From Marsupella aquatica (lineage: Eukaryota > Plantae > Marchantiophyta), in contig OZ316893.1 of the NCBI GenBank assembly GCA_973895155.1, forward strand, positions 1,798,860-1,862,859: a stretch of DNA of 64,000 bases, written 5' to 3'. Both the position numbers and the translations under genes were made by a program. Positions within the stretch are counted from its first letter, which is position 1. Each line of letters opens with the position of its first letter. The notes beneath the pieces were generated by a model that saw nothing but the letters and a program-made list of their open reading frames with translations, was not told where the DNA came from and ran no database searches. Below are positions 63,558 to 64,000 of the stretch, one piece after another.

Positions 63558-64000
63558 TTTTCCTATGTAAAACTGAACTTGAATGCTTTGTAAAAATTCA
63601 CTCTGGCTTTGCGCTTGGTAGCTCATCTTGGGGATGGGTTACCTTACACATGGACCTCCAGGAATAGTTAGGCATGTGTAACCTTTATTCCATGTAGCAT
63701 TTACGTTTTGTATAGGACCGGACCTGACCCTACATGACCGAACCTGAACCGAACCTAAACCAAACCTGAATTCCTAAGTAAAACTGAACTGAATGCTTTG
63801 TAAAAACTCACTCGGGCATTACACTTGGTAACTCATCTGAACAGATTTTTCTTATGTAAAACTGAACTGAATGCTTTGTAAAAATTCACTCAAGCTCTAC
63901 ACTTAGATACCTCATCTTGGGGATGGGTTACCCTACACATGGACCTCCAGGAATAGTTACACATGTGTAACCTTTATTCCATGTAGCATTTATGTTTTGT
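63558..64000. repeat. Tandem repeat of about 290-bp period with (ACCGA/ACCTGA)n subrepeats, running off the window
   Basis: TATGTAAAACTGAACTGAATGCTTTGTAAAAATTCACTC x3; CTCATCTTGGGGATGGGTTACC..CATGGACCTCCAGGAATAGTTA..CATGTAGCATTTA x2. Confidence 0.85.

Overview
Eukaryotic, intron-rich land-plant genomic DNA, most likely from a non-seed plant such as a liverwort or other bryophyte (inferred from the protein sequences and the transposon types). Four intact spliced genes are supported: MCM-binding protein/ETG1 (minus, 4664-10049, 15 exons); phosphomevalonate kinase (plus, 13316-16435, 9 exons), divergent from MCMBP; a large uncharacterised signal-peptide, Gly-rich, Cys-rich multi-TM protein of the At5g11700-like family (plus, 42378-53047, about 22 exons); and profilin (plus, 59179-60537, 3 exons). 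Intergenic DNA is rich in mobile elements: an internally deleted Ty1/Copia with 344-bp LTRs and a TGGAC TSD, a related solo LTR with a TAACA TSD, a 5'-truncated CRE-type RLE non-LTR retroelement, a probable 2-kb Gypsy-type LTR, two MITEs and many local tandem duplications. The least explained signals are (i) three tandem, highly diverged paralogous small ORFs at 211-1688 with a shared unrecognised Cys/His/Trp motif set, (ii) a tandem repeat array at 20.2-21.1 kb whose units carry a degenerate hammerhead-like CUGANGA core, and (iii) a hairpin-loop micro-inversion between two tandem copies at 62.0-62.2 kb. All coordinates, alignments and counts were done by eye; no database searches were run.
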